DNA of 64,000 nt, taken from positions 536,399 through 600,398 of the forward strand of contig NC_057755.1 of NCBI RefSeq assembly GCF_004010195.1. Reading direction: 5' to 3'. This DNA is from Chiloscyllium plagiosum (lineage: Eukaryota). The notes below the pieces were generated by a model, which saw nothing but the letters and a program-made list of their open reading frames with translations, searched no databases and was not told the origin of the DNA. Below are positions 50,749 through 63,435 of this stretch, piece by piece (position 1 is the first letter of the stretch; the number at the start of each line of letters is the position of its first letter). The position numbers and the translations under genes were made by a program.

Positions 50749-51644
50749 CTGGTGGAGACAAGAGGTAAAATGCAAATCAAAATCAATAATCAAATGTACT
50801 CCACGTCTGCCCCGACAGCAGTGGAAAATCTTAGCGCCTAACTGGGTCAGCTGGGAGGGTTCAGATATCGGGTTTGAGCAAGACAGCGCCAATGGTCTGA
50901 TCCATTTCGAAGGTGCTCGATCCTGGCTGTGACTAAGTGTGGGCAGGCAATCAACAGATGGCGGGGGGCATAATTTTTAAGGTGAAAGGGAAGAGGTGTA
51001 GAGGGGATCTGAGGAAGTGGTTTAGAGGGGATCTGACGAAGAGGTTATCAGCCAGAGAGTGGTGAGGGTCTGGTAATTCAGTGCCTGGGTGCGTAATGGA
51101 AGCAGGAAATATTACAAACTTTAAAAAAAAAACTACTTGAATGAACACTTGAAGCATCCTGGCATTTACGACTATGAGTACAGTGCTCGAAGCTGGGACG
51201 AGTTGTAGATTTCGTGTGGCTTTGACAACACAAACTGAATGGAACTAAGGACCTCTTCTCTATCGTTGGATTCTATGATTCTAAGAATTACTTTTGGAAG
51301 GCAGGTTGGTAAGCGAAGCATTTTAATGAAATAAATCGAAAGGTTTTGAATGCTGAAAACATGACACAGAATCATTAATAGCTGGCAAAACCCAACAGTT
51401 ATGGCAGCATCTGTGAAGAGAGAAACAGAGTTGATGGAATCACTTTTCATCAGTGCAACTTCATTTGAACATGGATCAATAAACTCAAAACATCATCTCA
51501 GGTTTCTCCTCGCACAAGATCCTATCATTGCAACCAAAAGACAGTCATTCATTTCTAATAGGGAACTGAGATTTACAGTGATGATATTCATCTACCATGA
51601 AACATTTGTTAGCCTGCTCTTCGCATACTGGGCATTGTTAGAGT

Positions 51645-54120
51645 CATATAGATATAGAGCATAGAAACAGACCCTTTAGATCAAATTGTCCAGGCGGACC
51701 ATATATCCTTAATTAATCTCAGCTCATATGCCCCCATTTCCCTCTCAACCCTTTTCATTCAGTTAGCCATTCAGCTAAATTTTAAATATTGTAATTGCAC
51801 CAGCCTCCATCACTCCCTCTGACAGTTCATTCCATACACACACCACACTCTGCATGAAATATTTGTCCCTTAAGTCCCGTTTTAAAATTTTCCCTCTCAT
51901 CCTAAATATATCCCCTCTCATCATGGACTATCTCACCCCAGGGAAAATACCTTGTTTATTTACACTGTGCATGCCTCTCATGATTTTATAAACCTCCATA
52001 ACGTCACCCATCGGCCTCTGACGCTCCAGGGAAAACTGCCCCAGCCTATTCAGCCTGACCNNNNNNNNNNNNNNNNNNNNNNNNNNNNNNNNNNNNNNNN
52101 NNNNNNNNNNNNNNNNNNNNNNNNNNNNNNNNNNNNNNNNNNNNNNNNNNNNNNNNNNNNNNNNNNNNNNNNNNNNNNNNNNNNNNNNNNNNNNNNNNNN
52201 NNNNNNNNNNNNNNNNNNNNNNNNNNNNNNNNNNNNNNNNNNNNNNNNNNNNNNNNNNNNNNNNNNNNNNNNNNNNNNNNNNNNNNNNNNNNNNNNNNNN
52301 NNNNNNNNNNNNNNNNNNNNNNNNNNNNNNNNNNNNNNNNNNNNNNNNNNNNNNNNNNNNNNNNNNNNNNNNNNNNNNNNNNNAAACTCCTGACAGGGTG
52401 ACCTCACCTTTCCTATTCCTAACCTCAGCCCAAACTACCTCAGTGGCAAGTCCTCATCCATCGTCCTTTCCACCTCTGTAATACTATCTTTGACAAGCAA
52501 TGCCATACCTCCCCCTCTTTTACCCCCACCTCTGTCCCTACTAAAACATTTAAATCCTGGAACCCGCAACTGCCAATCCTGTCCCTGTTCTAGCCATGTC
52601 TCCGTAATAGCCACAACATCGAAGTCCCAGGTACCAACCCACGCTGCAGGTTCACCTACCTTATTTCGTATACTTCTTGCATTGAAGTATACACACTTCA
52701 AGCCACTTTCCTGTTTACAGACACCCTCCTTGGAAATTTATGCCATGTTCCTAACCTCCCTACACTCCTGGCCCTGCACCCTGAAGCTACAATCTTGGTT
52801 CCCATGCCCCTGCAGAGTTAGTTTAAACTCCCCCCAAGAGCACTAGCAAACCTCCCACCAAGGGTACTGGTGCCCCTCAGGTTCAGGTGCAGACCATCCT
52901 GTTTATAGAGGTCCCACCTTCCCCAGAAAGAACCCCAGTTATCCAAAAACCGGAATCCCTCCCTCCTGCACCATCCCTGTAGCCACGCATTTAAGTGTTC
53001 TCTTTCCCTATTCCTCGAATCTCTATCATGTGGCACGGGTAACAAACCAGAGACAACAACTCTGTTCGTTCTAACTCTGAGCTTCCAACCTAGCTCCCTG
53101 AAAGCTTGTCTAACATCCTCAGCACTCCTCCTACCTATGTCGTTGGTCGCAATATGGACCACGACTTCGGGCTGCTCCCCCTCCCCTTCCAGGACCCGGA
53201 AAACACTATCAGAGACATCACGTACCCTTGCACCTGGGAGGCAACATACCAAACGTGAGTCTCTCTCGTTCCCACAAAACCGCCTATCTGTGTCACGAAC
53301 TATCGGGTCCCCAATTACTACTGCTCTGCTGTTCTTCACCCTTCCCTTCTGAGTAACGGGGACAGGCTCCGTGCCAGAGACCTGAGCCCCGTTACTTACC
53401 CCTGGTAAGTCATCCCCCCCACAAGTATCCAAAACGGTATACTTGTTCTTGAGTGGAATGGCCGCAGGGGGTCCCTGCACTGGCTGCTTCCTCCCAGTCC
53501 CCCTCACTGTCACCCATCTCTCTGCCATCTTTGGAGTTACTACTTCCCTATAACTCTGATCTATGACCCCCTCTGCCTCCTGAATGATCCGAAGTTCATC
53601 CAACTCCAGCTCCAGTTCCCTAACACGGTCTTGGAGGAGCTGGAGGTGGGTGCACTTCCTGCAAGTGTAATCGGCAGGGACGTCGATGGCATCCCTCACC
53701 TCATACATGTTGCAGGAGGAACATTGCACTGCCTTCACTGCCATCCCTCTAAAGCTAACCTTTATTTAAAAAAAAAAATCTGGGTCTAAAGAATACAACA
53801 AGCAAAATTCAGCACTTACCTCCTTTCCACAACAGATGTTATTATTAGGTTAGAGGACAAGGGCGGGTGGGAGGCACTACCCGTGTAGTGCCTCGGGTTC
53901 CTCTCCTTCGCGCTTTTAAAGGGGGAAAAAACCTACCCAGGTAAGCTTACACTAACTGCTTCCTGGTCTCGGCTGTCCCTCTGGGTCGTCGTCACTTCCC
54001 CCTGGTGCTCCCGCTCTTTCTGTGAAGAGAGAGTGAAAGAGAAAAAAAAACCCACCCCTGCCTGCTACCGGTAAGTACTTTTAAAACCAAACGGTCTTAC
54101 CTTCGCTGCTGCTCGCACAT
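51645..54120 (-). mobile_element. CR1 LINE sequence spanning a gap (5' UTR, ORF1 and start of ORF2 right of the gap; a 3' end left of it, possibly a different copy)
   Basis: ORF2 start CVYFNARSIRNK..ITETW; tail at 51645-51665; N gap 52041-52383. Confidence 0.88.
52818..53744 (-). CDS. CR1 ORF1p, open 308 aa (zinc finger, leucine zipper, SGNH esterase-like)
   Basis: CSSC..CRKC, LQDRVRELELELDEL, GDPIVR, HIATND, DGLH. Confidence 0.9.
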   Translation of the reverse strand: MAVKAVQCSSCNMYEVRDAIDVPADYTCRKCTHLQLLQDRVRELELELDELRIIQEAEGVIDQSYREVVTPKMAERWVTVRGTGRKQPVQGPPAAIPLKNKYTVLDTCGGDDLPGVSNGAQVSGTEPVPVTQKGRVKNSRAVVIGDPIVRDTDRRFCGNERDSRLVCCLPGARVRDVSDSVFRVLEGEGEQPEVVVHIATNDIGRRSAEDVRQAFRELGWKLRVRTNRVVVSGLLPVPHDRDSRNREREHLNAWLQGWCRREGFRFLDNWGSFWGRWDLYKQDGLHLNLRGTSTLGGRFASALGGSLN

Positions 54121-54472
54121 CATGTAAAGCCTATCCCTCAGGAAACAACTTGCCCACTACTGATGTCATGCTCACCTGACCATTGTTCTCTAACCTTTTC
54201 TTACCCTCTTTCTTAAGCAGTAGCATTACATTAGCCAACCTTAAGTCTTTCGGCACATCACCTGTGTCTATTTATGATACAGGTTTCTCAGCAAGGAGCC
54301 CAGCAATTACTTCCCTAGCTTACCACAGAGTTCGAGTGTACACTTGACCAGGTCCGGGAGACTTATCCACGTTTATGTACGTTAAGATATCGAGCATCTC
54401 TTCTTCTTTAATACGGACATTTGATCAACATGCCACAATGTATTTCCCCACGCTCTTTATCTTTTATGAAGT

Positions 54473-55625
54473 TAAAAATCACACAACACCAAGTTATAGT
54501 CCAACAGGTTTAATTGGAAGCACACTAGCTTTCGAAGCGACGCTCCTTCTTCAGGTGATTGTGGAGGGCTCGATCGTAACACAGAATTTATAGAAAAAAT
54601 TTGCAGTGTGATGTAACTGAAATTATACATTGAAGAATTGATTGTCTGTTAGCCTTTCATCTGTTAGAATACAGTGATAGTTTCACTCCTTTCATGTGTA
54701 AATCACAAAACCCTTTTTTTAATAAGTTGCATTCTCGGGTTAGCTGTTAACAATGGTGATAGCTTGACAATGTGATGAAGGTGTTAGCCCCCTGTGTTCT
54801 CTGTCTATGACCTGATGTTTAGATTGATTCCAATCTAAAAAGTGAAATAACAGAGTATCTGTGTCCGTGTGCATGTGAGAGTGTGTGTGTGTATAGGAAT
54901 ATCTGTGTGTGTCTGTGTGTAGTGCAATGGTGATCACCTGTAATGTGACATGAACCCAAGGTCCCGGTTGAGGCCCTCCCTATGGGTCCCTATGGCTATC
55001 AGCCTCTGCTCAGCCACTTTCCTCTGCTGCCTATCCCGAAGTTCACCTTGGAGGATGGTCACCGAAGGTCCGAGGCTGAATGTCCTGGACCACTGAAGTG
55101 TTCCCCAACTGGGAGGGAACCCTCCTGTCTGTTGATTGTTGTGCGGTGCCCGTTCATCCGTTGTCGGAGCCTTTACTCACTTTCCCCAATGTACCATGCC
55201 TCTGGGCATCCCTGCCTGCAACGTATAAGATAGACAATGTTGGCTGAGTCACATGAGTACCTGCCATGTACACGGTGGGAGGTGTTCCCACGCGTAATAG
55301 TGGTATCTATGTCCACAATCTGACACGTTTTGCAGCGTCCACCGTGACAGGGTTGTATGGAGTTGTCCTGAGAGCCGGGCAGTTTGCTATGAACAATGAT
55401 CTGTTTGAGGTTTGGCGGTTGTTTAAAGGCAAGTAGTGCAGGTGTGGGGAAGGTCTTGGTGAGGTGCTCATCTCCATTGATAATGTGTTCCAGGTCACGA
55501 AGAACATGGCGTAATTTTTCAGCCCCTGGGAAGGACTGAAAAACGAAGGGCACCCTATCAATTTCAGCCCGTGTCTGTCTCCTGAGGAGGTCATTACGGT
55601 TCCTTGCTGTGGCACATCGGAACTC
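54473..55625 (-). mobile_element. Penelope-like element 3' part with GIY-YIG endonuclease
   Basis: CKTC...YSCDSANIVYLIRCRQGCPEAWYIGE; terminal repeat with a hammerhead motif. Confidence 0.9.
54523..54557 (-). ncRNA. Minimal type I hammerhead ribozyme motif
   Basis: CAC-CTGAAGA-A-GGAGC gtc GCTTC-GAAA-GC-TA-GTG. Confidence 0.75.
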
Positions 55626-55689
55626 TGTGGAATTCCCATCATTGCAGTTTCCACAAGAATTGCCCGGGAAACTGAACTTTCCTCTGGAT

Positions 55690-56440
55690 AGTTCATCTCC
55701 TCCTGGAACCTTGATGAGAAATATTGATGAACAGAGAGATCTGGGAGTTCAGGTCCATTGTAACCTGAAAATTGCTGCACAACCGTATAGAGTGGTCAAG
55801 ATCGCATATGGCATGCTTGCCTTCATCGGAAGGGATATTTAATACAAGAGATGGCAGCTCATGTTAAAATTTTGCATGATGTTGGTTCGGCCGTATTTAG
55901 AATACTGTGTGCAGATATGGTCGCCACATTACCAAAAGGGTATGGATGTCTTGGAGAGGATGCAGAGAAGGTTTTTGAGGATGTTACTTGCTCTGGAATG
56001 TATGAAGAGAGGTTGAGTAGGTTAGGTTTGTTTTCATTAGTAAAAAAAGAGATTGAGTGGGGACCTTATTGAGATCTACAAAATCGTGTCGGGCATAGAC
56101 AGGTTAGATATAGATACGCTTTTTCCCAGGGTGAAGGATTCTGTAATGAGAGGTCACGATTTCAAGGCGAAAGGTGAAAAGTTAAAGGGGTTACACGCGG
56201 CAAGTTCTTTACACAGATGGTGGTGGGTGCCTGAACGCATTGCCAGCAGAGGTAGTAGAGGCAGGCACGGTAGATTCATTTAAGGTACGCCTGGACAGAT
56301 GCATGAGAAGGTGGAGAGCAGAGGGAAACAGATGCTTAGGAGTTGGGCGACAGGTTTACACAGTAGATTTGGATTGGCTCAGGCTTGGAGTGCCGAAGGA
56401 CCTGTTCTTAGGCTGTAAATTCTCCTCTCTCTTTGTTCTT
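55690..56440 (+). mobile_element. CR1 3' fragment
   Basis: EQRDLGVQVH..AYGMLAFI, GDLIEIYKI. Confidence 0.88.
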
Positions 56441-58995
56441 CTGGAATTTTCCATTTCAATCAGAGACTACAAAGAGTTTGAATGGGATTAATTACAGTAG
56501 TCACTTTCGATAAATGGTGATTTCTTGATGTAAAAATTGCGTTAACATTTGTTTCTGGTTTCCCTGCCTGATTAACTGGAAGGTTTCTCTATGTATTTGC
56601 AGCTAATAGGTAACATGCAGGCATTTCTGCAAGCACAGCAATTTCTTTTAAATATCTCTCTTGCAGAATGGCCATGGGTTGAATGTCTGTGTGCTCAAAC
56701 GAACCTGTGTTTCTTTTCGATTGCTTGGAGCTCAGCACGGTATTTATAGAACCTCAAAGGTTTGTTCGTGAATTCTGGGATCTGATCTTAATGATAACAC
56801 CCTTTCTTAAGAAAACTTTCATTTAATTTTTAACTTTGAGTCATTTATTTTAGTCCGTGGAACACCCTGGAGCTGGATGGATGTATATATCAGTACTCAT
56901 GAGAAGGGACTCAGAGAAGCATTCAATTATATTACCTTCGAGTGAAAAGTGTGTGTTCATTCATGACCAGAGTGTTGTGATAAAAGGAAAAAAAATCAGA
57001 AGAGATTACTTAAAGCTACATGCATTGAAGCTCAGCTGTGTTCACTCCCGCAAGAAGCTATCATAGTTATGATTTAAATTGCAAGTTGCAAATCGTTTGA
57101 TCAAGTATTAGACACAGTTATTCTGGTGTGAATATTATACGAGAAGTGATTTTTGGAACTCTACTACAAGTGGGGCTTTGTATGCTTTGTAAAAGTTGTT
57201 TTCTTTCTGTTGAATTTGAAGAATGTTTGGCATTAATTGGGATATATGTTTGCTGTGTGCTTATTCCATTTTATCATAATTTCTTTAGCACCAAACTGCT
57301 GTTTTGTTATTAAAGTAAAATTTGTTGCATTATGTATTTATGATTCACCAAGAGATCACGTTGTTCAAAACTGAAACAAAGAAGATTGTAATCTATTAAG
57401 CTGTATCAATTTTCAGCATTTGGTTTGTTCTGTAATTACATCACCATTTCTCGGATCAGAAGAGAGGCTATTAAACACGGAGTCTGACTTCTGAGCTCCT
57501 GACCTACTGACCCCACAAAGGGTTAGACGTTCCCAACTACAGCCGTTAGGATCCATTATTTGTACCAGAATCTGGCCGGACATCCACAATGGGAATCACT
57601 TCCATATTAACTCTTTCCAAAATTACTGCCCCCTCACTGTTGATGTAATTAAATCTAAAACAAATTCTCTTATTCCCTGTAAAATCTGTGACACTGCGAT
57701 GACATAAAACACTGAGTACCTCTCCGTTGCAGTGTTGTGAACATTGCTCGTCACCGGTTAATACCAGAGACATAATTTTACTGGAAAGAGTACAGAGAAG
57801 ATTTAGAAGAATGTTGTCAGAGCCTGGCAATGACTGAAATATTGGAGGAAGATTGGATAGGATTATGTTGTTTTCCTGAGATCAGAGGAGATTGAAGGTT
57901 GATGTGATCACAGTGCACAAAATAATGAGGGTTTTACGAGAGACCGGTTACCCCGAATGGAGTGGACCACTCACCAAGGGAAATAGAATAAGGCTGATTG
58001 CTGGAAGCATTGTGGAGGACGATGAGGCGAACTCTTTCATCGAGAAGGCGATGGTCTCTCTCGAGTTCACTACCAGTTTAAGGGGGTTTGAGGGGACAAC
58101 CCTCAACACATTGAAAGGGGGATAATATCTGCAACTGAAGTGAAGTCACCTTCAAGACAGTGGACTGGGTGCTGAAAATTGGAATTAGAACAGGTGACTG
58201 GTTTACTCAATTGACTTACAAATGATGGGCTGAATGAGATGTTTCGATGCCTTAAATATCCTATGGTTCTTCACAACAGTGGAAAGTCGGAGGACTGTTA
58301 AATTGAATTCACAAAGTGGACTGAACGCCTGTTCCTGTGCCATAACATTCATATAGTTCCATGAGATAGGAGGACAGCGGACGAGTGCTGAACTGAAATC
58401 CAGAAGGCTGTGGCTTCCTTCCACTTACTCAATGTAGAAGAGATTAAAGCTTCCTAATAATTACAGGAAGGAACGAAAAACATAGAGGATTATAGCTTCC
58501 TTATTCTTTACTGGAAGGAAAAAAATGAACTAACTTTAGAGCATAATACCTTATGAATCATACCATTTGGTTAATACAGTTCACTTTGTTTAATTATTCC
58601 CGTTAGAGAGTCAGAGAGTCCGTAATTTTATTATATTGTAGTTTATTGTACACATTCTAGAGCAGTGGCAATCTATGATTCCACAAGTGCACTGTATGTT
58701 TGATTTTCATTTTTCAATTTATTCATAAAATGTTGACGGGATCATTCCAAAAGTATGTGAGTTAGGCAATGAAGAGAAAACATTTCAAAATCACATTATA
58801 CTCTTTGAGTTTTGCACTCTTTGCTGAGTCAAAATTAGAACACTTGCTAAATATGACTGGGGATTGTTGACATTGCAAGACATGATATCGGCGTCTGAAT
58901 GTGTTACCATGCCCTGCTTATCATGACACAGAGGTCTTAGATAGTGCCTTGTGCCATTGATGATGAAACTAAATTTTCGCAGCTCTATTATCATT

Positions 58996-59068
58996 CTGCA
59001 TCAAACAATGACAACGTCTCCAGCGTACGAACGCATGATTCGTATTATAATGAACAGAAGTACACCCG
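58996..59068 (+). pseudogene. Candidate degenerate exon 1 of GPR139-like paralog 3
   Basis: CTG CAT CAA ACA resembles ATG TAT CAA ACA of the intact gene; ends CCC G|GTATGT in phase 1. Confidence 0.35.
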
Positions 59069-59863
59069 GTATGTTAAGTGAGGTTTTCCGAAGGTTCCAT
59101 AGTAGATTCATATCAACACTTTGTATTTCAATTCCCTTTTAGGTAGTAACACCTGTCCTTTGCAGTAATAGTGTTGTTCGCGAGAAAAATAGACTCAATG
59201 ATGTGAATCTCATGGCTCTTCTTCAGAAGCATTTGTTCTGATGAAGAGGGACTCTAAGCACGAAAGGTTAACTCAGTTTCTCTCTTCCCAGATGCTGGCA
59301 TATTTTTTTAGTTTCACCAGCTATTTCTTTTTGTGTTCCACATTTCCAGCATCCACAGCTCTTTGATGAATTATTACGATGATTAATCTCTAAACGTGAC
59401 CCCCAGACGAAATGTTTAAAATTAAAGAATCCAAAAGCACAGAATAGATACTTCAGTCCCTCAATACTAAAATTAATCAACTCTCGTCCCTACTGGCAGC
59501 ACGAGGTACATAGCTTCGATTGTTATGCGACTTCGAGTGCTCATTCAGGTAGAGGTTAAAGGTTGTGAGGTTGCCCGCTCAACTACCCTCCCAAGCACTG
59601 CATTCCAGATCCCCACTATTACCTGAGTGAAAGCCCTTTCCTTAAATCCATGCAAAATCTCTTGCCCACTCATCATCTGTCAATTCCCTGCCGACAATTA
59701 TTGAAACACAATTAGTGATTTGAGACAGGCATGGGGCTGTCATTTTTAGATTGGACCTCTGACCGGTCCCAACTGATGCATTTAGGTGAGAAGATTTCTG
59801 TTGCTGTCTGGGGCAACGTTTGATTTGTAATTTCTGATTTTTGTCTACCTCTGTCTCTTCCAT

Positions 59864-60693
59864 TTAATGTACTGGTGATTTTCGGTTTTTGTACAGAGAA
59901 TGTGTGCCGTTTCAAACTGCACCATGCGCTGCCTGATGATTATGGCAACGGCAGATCTGCTGTTTATTATTACCAACATTGTACGCAGGAGACTGAATAT
60001 TTATTACTTTCCAATGTGTTTCCTGGACCTCACCCCTGTGTGCAGTCCCTCTTTTTGCCGTGGTTCATATAGTCACAGACTGTTCCACCTGGTTCATTGT
60101 CCTTTTCTCCAATGATCATTTTGTCGCCATTTGTTGCCTGAAACAGTAGAGAAGTTATTGGACACAGAAAGCCTTGGCTGTGGCTCTTCCTATATCTCGA
60201 ATTCTGATCTGTATAAAAAGCATTCGCTTCCATTTTAGGTTTGAGCCAAAGAGGATACTAGACAACGTTCCATGGTATTCCCGATTATTTTACTGATCCC
60301 AGATGGCTGGGATTTAATTGGCTTGATACCATTTTAACCCCTTTCATCCCATTCATGTTAATTCCGTTGATGTACACTCTGATGATCGGGTACATTTTAG
60401 TGGCCAGTCGAATCTGCAAGAGCCTGAGGGGTCAGAGGAAGGGAGAAAATCACAAAGACGCAGAGATGGAGAGCCGGAGGCAGTCATTGATTTCACTCTT
60501 CACGATATCCATCAGCTTCATACTTCTGTTGGTAGTGTACGGTGCAAACATCTTACACTGTATCATTAAAAAGCACATTATTGAAGGAACTGGTGTTTAA
60601 TCCAGGTTAAGGGGGCCAGAGAAATGCTGAAGGACTTCAGCTGCAGCACGAACACTTGATTACATGCAGTGATTCTGCCCAAGTTCAAAGCAT
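59864..60693 (+). pseudogene. GPR139-like paralog 3 exon 2 (inverted orientation)
   Basis: SNCTMRCLMIMATADLL, FLDLTPVC, DAEMESRRQS, DFSCSTNT; acceptor AG mutated to AT; several stops and frameshifts; 3' end cut by a LINE fragment. Confidence 0.9.
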
Positions 60694-61480
60694 TTCTTCT
60701 TCCAGAAGTTGCACAGGGAGAGCTTTGTGGTCATCAGCCCGAAAGAAGACGTTGGCTTAATAACGTCATCTTAGTCTGACATCCTTCAGATCGGCAAATT
60801 ATTTTATATCAGATAGCATGACACAGACACAGCAGTCTCCTGTTCCATCCTGACCTCGATTGCATAGGTCTGAGAAGGCATGGAAAAGGAGAGACTGGAC
60901 CAACCTAGAGTCCTCCGAAAAGAAAACAAAACTCGAGAAGCGAAGTTCTGTGGGACTTTATTGGGCAGGACCTGCTGGATGTACATGACAGTCTCTTTCT
61001 AGCAGGTAAACTGCACGAATCCATGCTGAAAGGTATCATCACCGTTACCTAAAAGTGGTAAGACGAAAGAGAGGAAATGAGAATTTGGTCACGAATTTCA
61101 ATGCTGAATGCAGACCACAAAATCTTGTCTATGGTCATCGCCAACTGGGGCAGGTCTGCTCTGGGATCGGTGATTCACCCCGCTGTGCAGGGCAGAATAA
61201 TCTCTGACAGACACGTATTCCTCAAAGATGTAATTGCCTTTGTGTCGGACAGACGGGTGGATAGCTATCGTATCAACCTGGAACAGGACGAAGCCTTATT
61301 ACATGCCTACATATGGAATGTGCTGTCCACACTGGGCTTGAGGAAGGAACTTGCAATTGCACTAGACTGCTCTGCGCAAACATCGTTAGTGTAGTCTCCA
61401 TTAATGGGTGGAAATAGACAAGCTTCCCAGTCAGCTCTGCAATCAGTTAGGGCTGCCCAGTGTTCGCTTGCTTATTTTAT
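60694..61480 (+). mobile_element. Tx1/L1-type LINE RT fragment
   Basis: GIITV..RIWSRISMLNADHKILS..INLEQDEA. Confidence 0.7.
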
Positions 61481-62029
61481 TGTTGCACCAGAGAAAAGGA
61501 ATAATTGTTACAACTCATGCATACGTTTCTGACATATTGCCGATTGCTTATCTACTGCCAAATTTTTACTGAAGTTCTTCAATCCATCATTGCTAATTTA
61601 TGCATCAATCCCGTCTTTTTCAGTTTATTTAGATTCGGGATTCTCATTCAGATTTGATATCGTCATTCTGTATCTGAGAAAGCAATTCCAAATTTTATCA
61701 TTGTACCCAATGCAGTAAGATTGTTAATTAGTACTGATTGCACATCTACCAATCTGAATAGCCTGTTTCCTTCTTCCTCAATGTGTTTTTCTAAATCAAT
61801 ATTGCACATGCACTTCAGGAAATTGTTGTCCACAGCATTATTGCTTGTTTTGTTTGTCCAATTAAATGTAGATTAATGTCAGCTATGATGTCATCCGTAC
61901 ACTGTAGTTCTGCTTTGTAATGCCTTCCGGTGTGTCTTCAGTACTGTTTTTCGTCTGTCGAAGAATCCCTCCAGTATTAAATATTTCTTATAACTCTTAT
62001 CACCACCCGTATAGGTTCCAGTTTGGCAA

Positions 62030-63435
62030 TAGGGAAGAGGACACAAGATGTCTGTAGGTGTGAGATAGTGGAAGGGTAACAGGACGAGGCTGCACGAGTC
62101 AAGTTTGGTGGAGATGGAGGCATTCATGTTCTAAATTGAAGGAAACTTTCAGAATTCTGAAGAGTAAAGGGATTTGGGTATCATAGCTCAGAATGCTCTT
62201 AAGGTTACCATACAGGTTTTGTTGTCAGTTAGAAAGGCAAATGCAATGTTAGCACTCATTTCAAGAGAGCAAGAATATAAATGCAGGAGTGAATTGCAGA
62301 AACTGTACTCGTCTCTGGTCAGATTGCAATCGGAATGTTGTGAGCAGTTGTGGGCTCCATATCTTAAACCTTTTGTGCTAACATTGTAACAGATCCAGAG
62401 GACATTTATAGGAAACATCCCGGGGATCAGGGGTTTGTGATAAGAGGAGCAGCTGAGGGGTTTGCGTCTGTAGTTGATAAATTTCAAAAGATGAGAGGTG
62501 CATCTGATCAAAATGCACGGAATGCTGTGAGGCCTGTAGACAGTGGGTATGGCAAATCTGTTTACATTTCAATGCAGGATTGGGATGCAAGGGTACTGTC
62601 TCAGAATGAATCATGACTCTTTAGAACAGAGGTGAGAACGATTAACAAAGAACAAAAATGTTACACCACAAGAACAGGAAATTCAGCCCACCAAGCCAGC
62701 GCTGATCTAGATCCCTATCTAAACCAGTCACCTATTATCCAATGATCTGTGTGCCTCTGCACCCTAGCCCATTCATTTGTCTGTCTCGATACATCTTAAA
62801 TAGCGCTGTTTTGCCCGCCTCTACACCTCCACTGGCAATGCGTTCCAGGCACCTACCACCCTCTGCGGAAAGAAATTTCCATTCATATGTTCCTGAAACA
62901 TTTCCACTCTCACCTTGAACTCATGACTCTTGTAATTGAGTTCCCCACTATAGGAAAATCTTCTTGTTGTCCACCCTGTCTACACCTCTCATGATTTTAA
63001 AGACGTGAATCAGACTCCCCCCCCCACCAACAGCCGTCTTTCTAAAGAAAAAGAGTGTTAATCCACTCAACCTCTCTTTATAGCTAGCGTCCTCCATACC
63101 AGGCCATATCCTCTCCAAAGTATCCACATCCTACTGCTAATGTGGTGACCAGAAATGTACACAGCATTCCAAATGATGGATAGCCTTCTTGACTACTTTA
63201 TCGAGCTGTGTTGCCACCTCTGTACATTAATTCTCAGGGACTTTTCCATTTACGTATAGTTCACTCCAGAATTGGATCTTCCAAAATGCATCACCTCGCA
63301 TTTGCTAGATTAAACTTCATCTGCACGTTCTCCACACAACTCTCCAAGCTATATATATATATATTCTGCTACATTCTCTGACAGTCGCATTTACGAACGG
63401 ACTCCACCAATCTTAGTGTCATCTGCAAACTTGCT
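62030..63435. mobile_element. Two old CR1 3' fragments tail to tail (plus 62030-62640, minus 62645-63435)
   Basis: VRKANAMLALISR..LVRLQSEC; minus-strand KFADDTKIGG at ~63405-63432. Confidence 0.75.
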
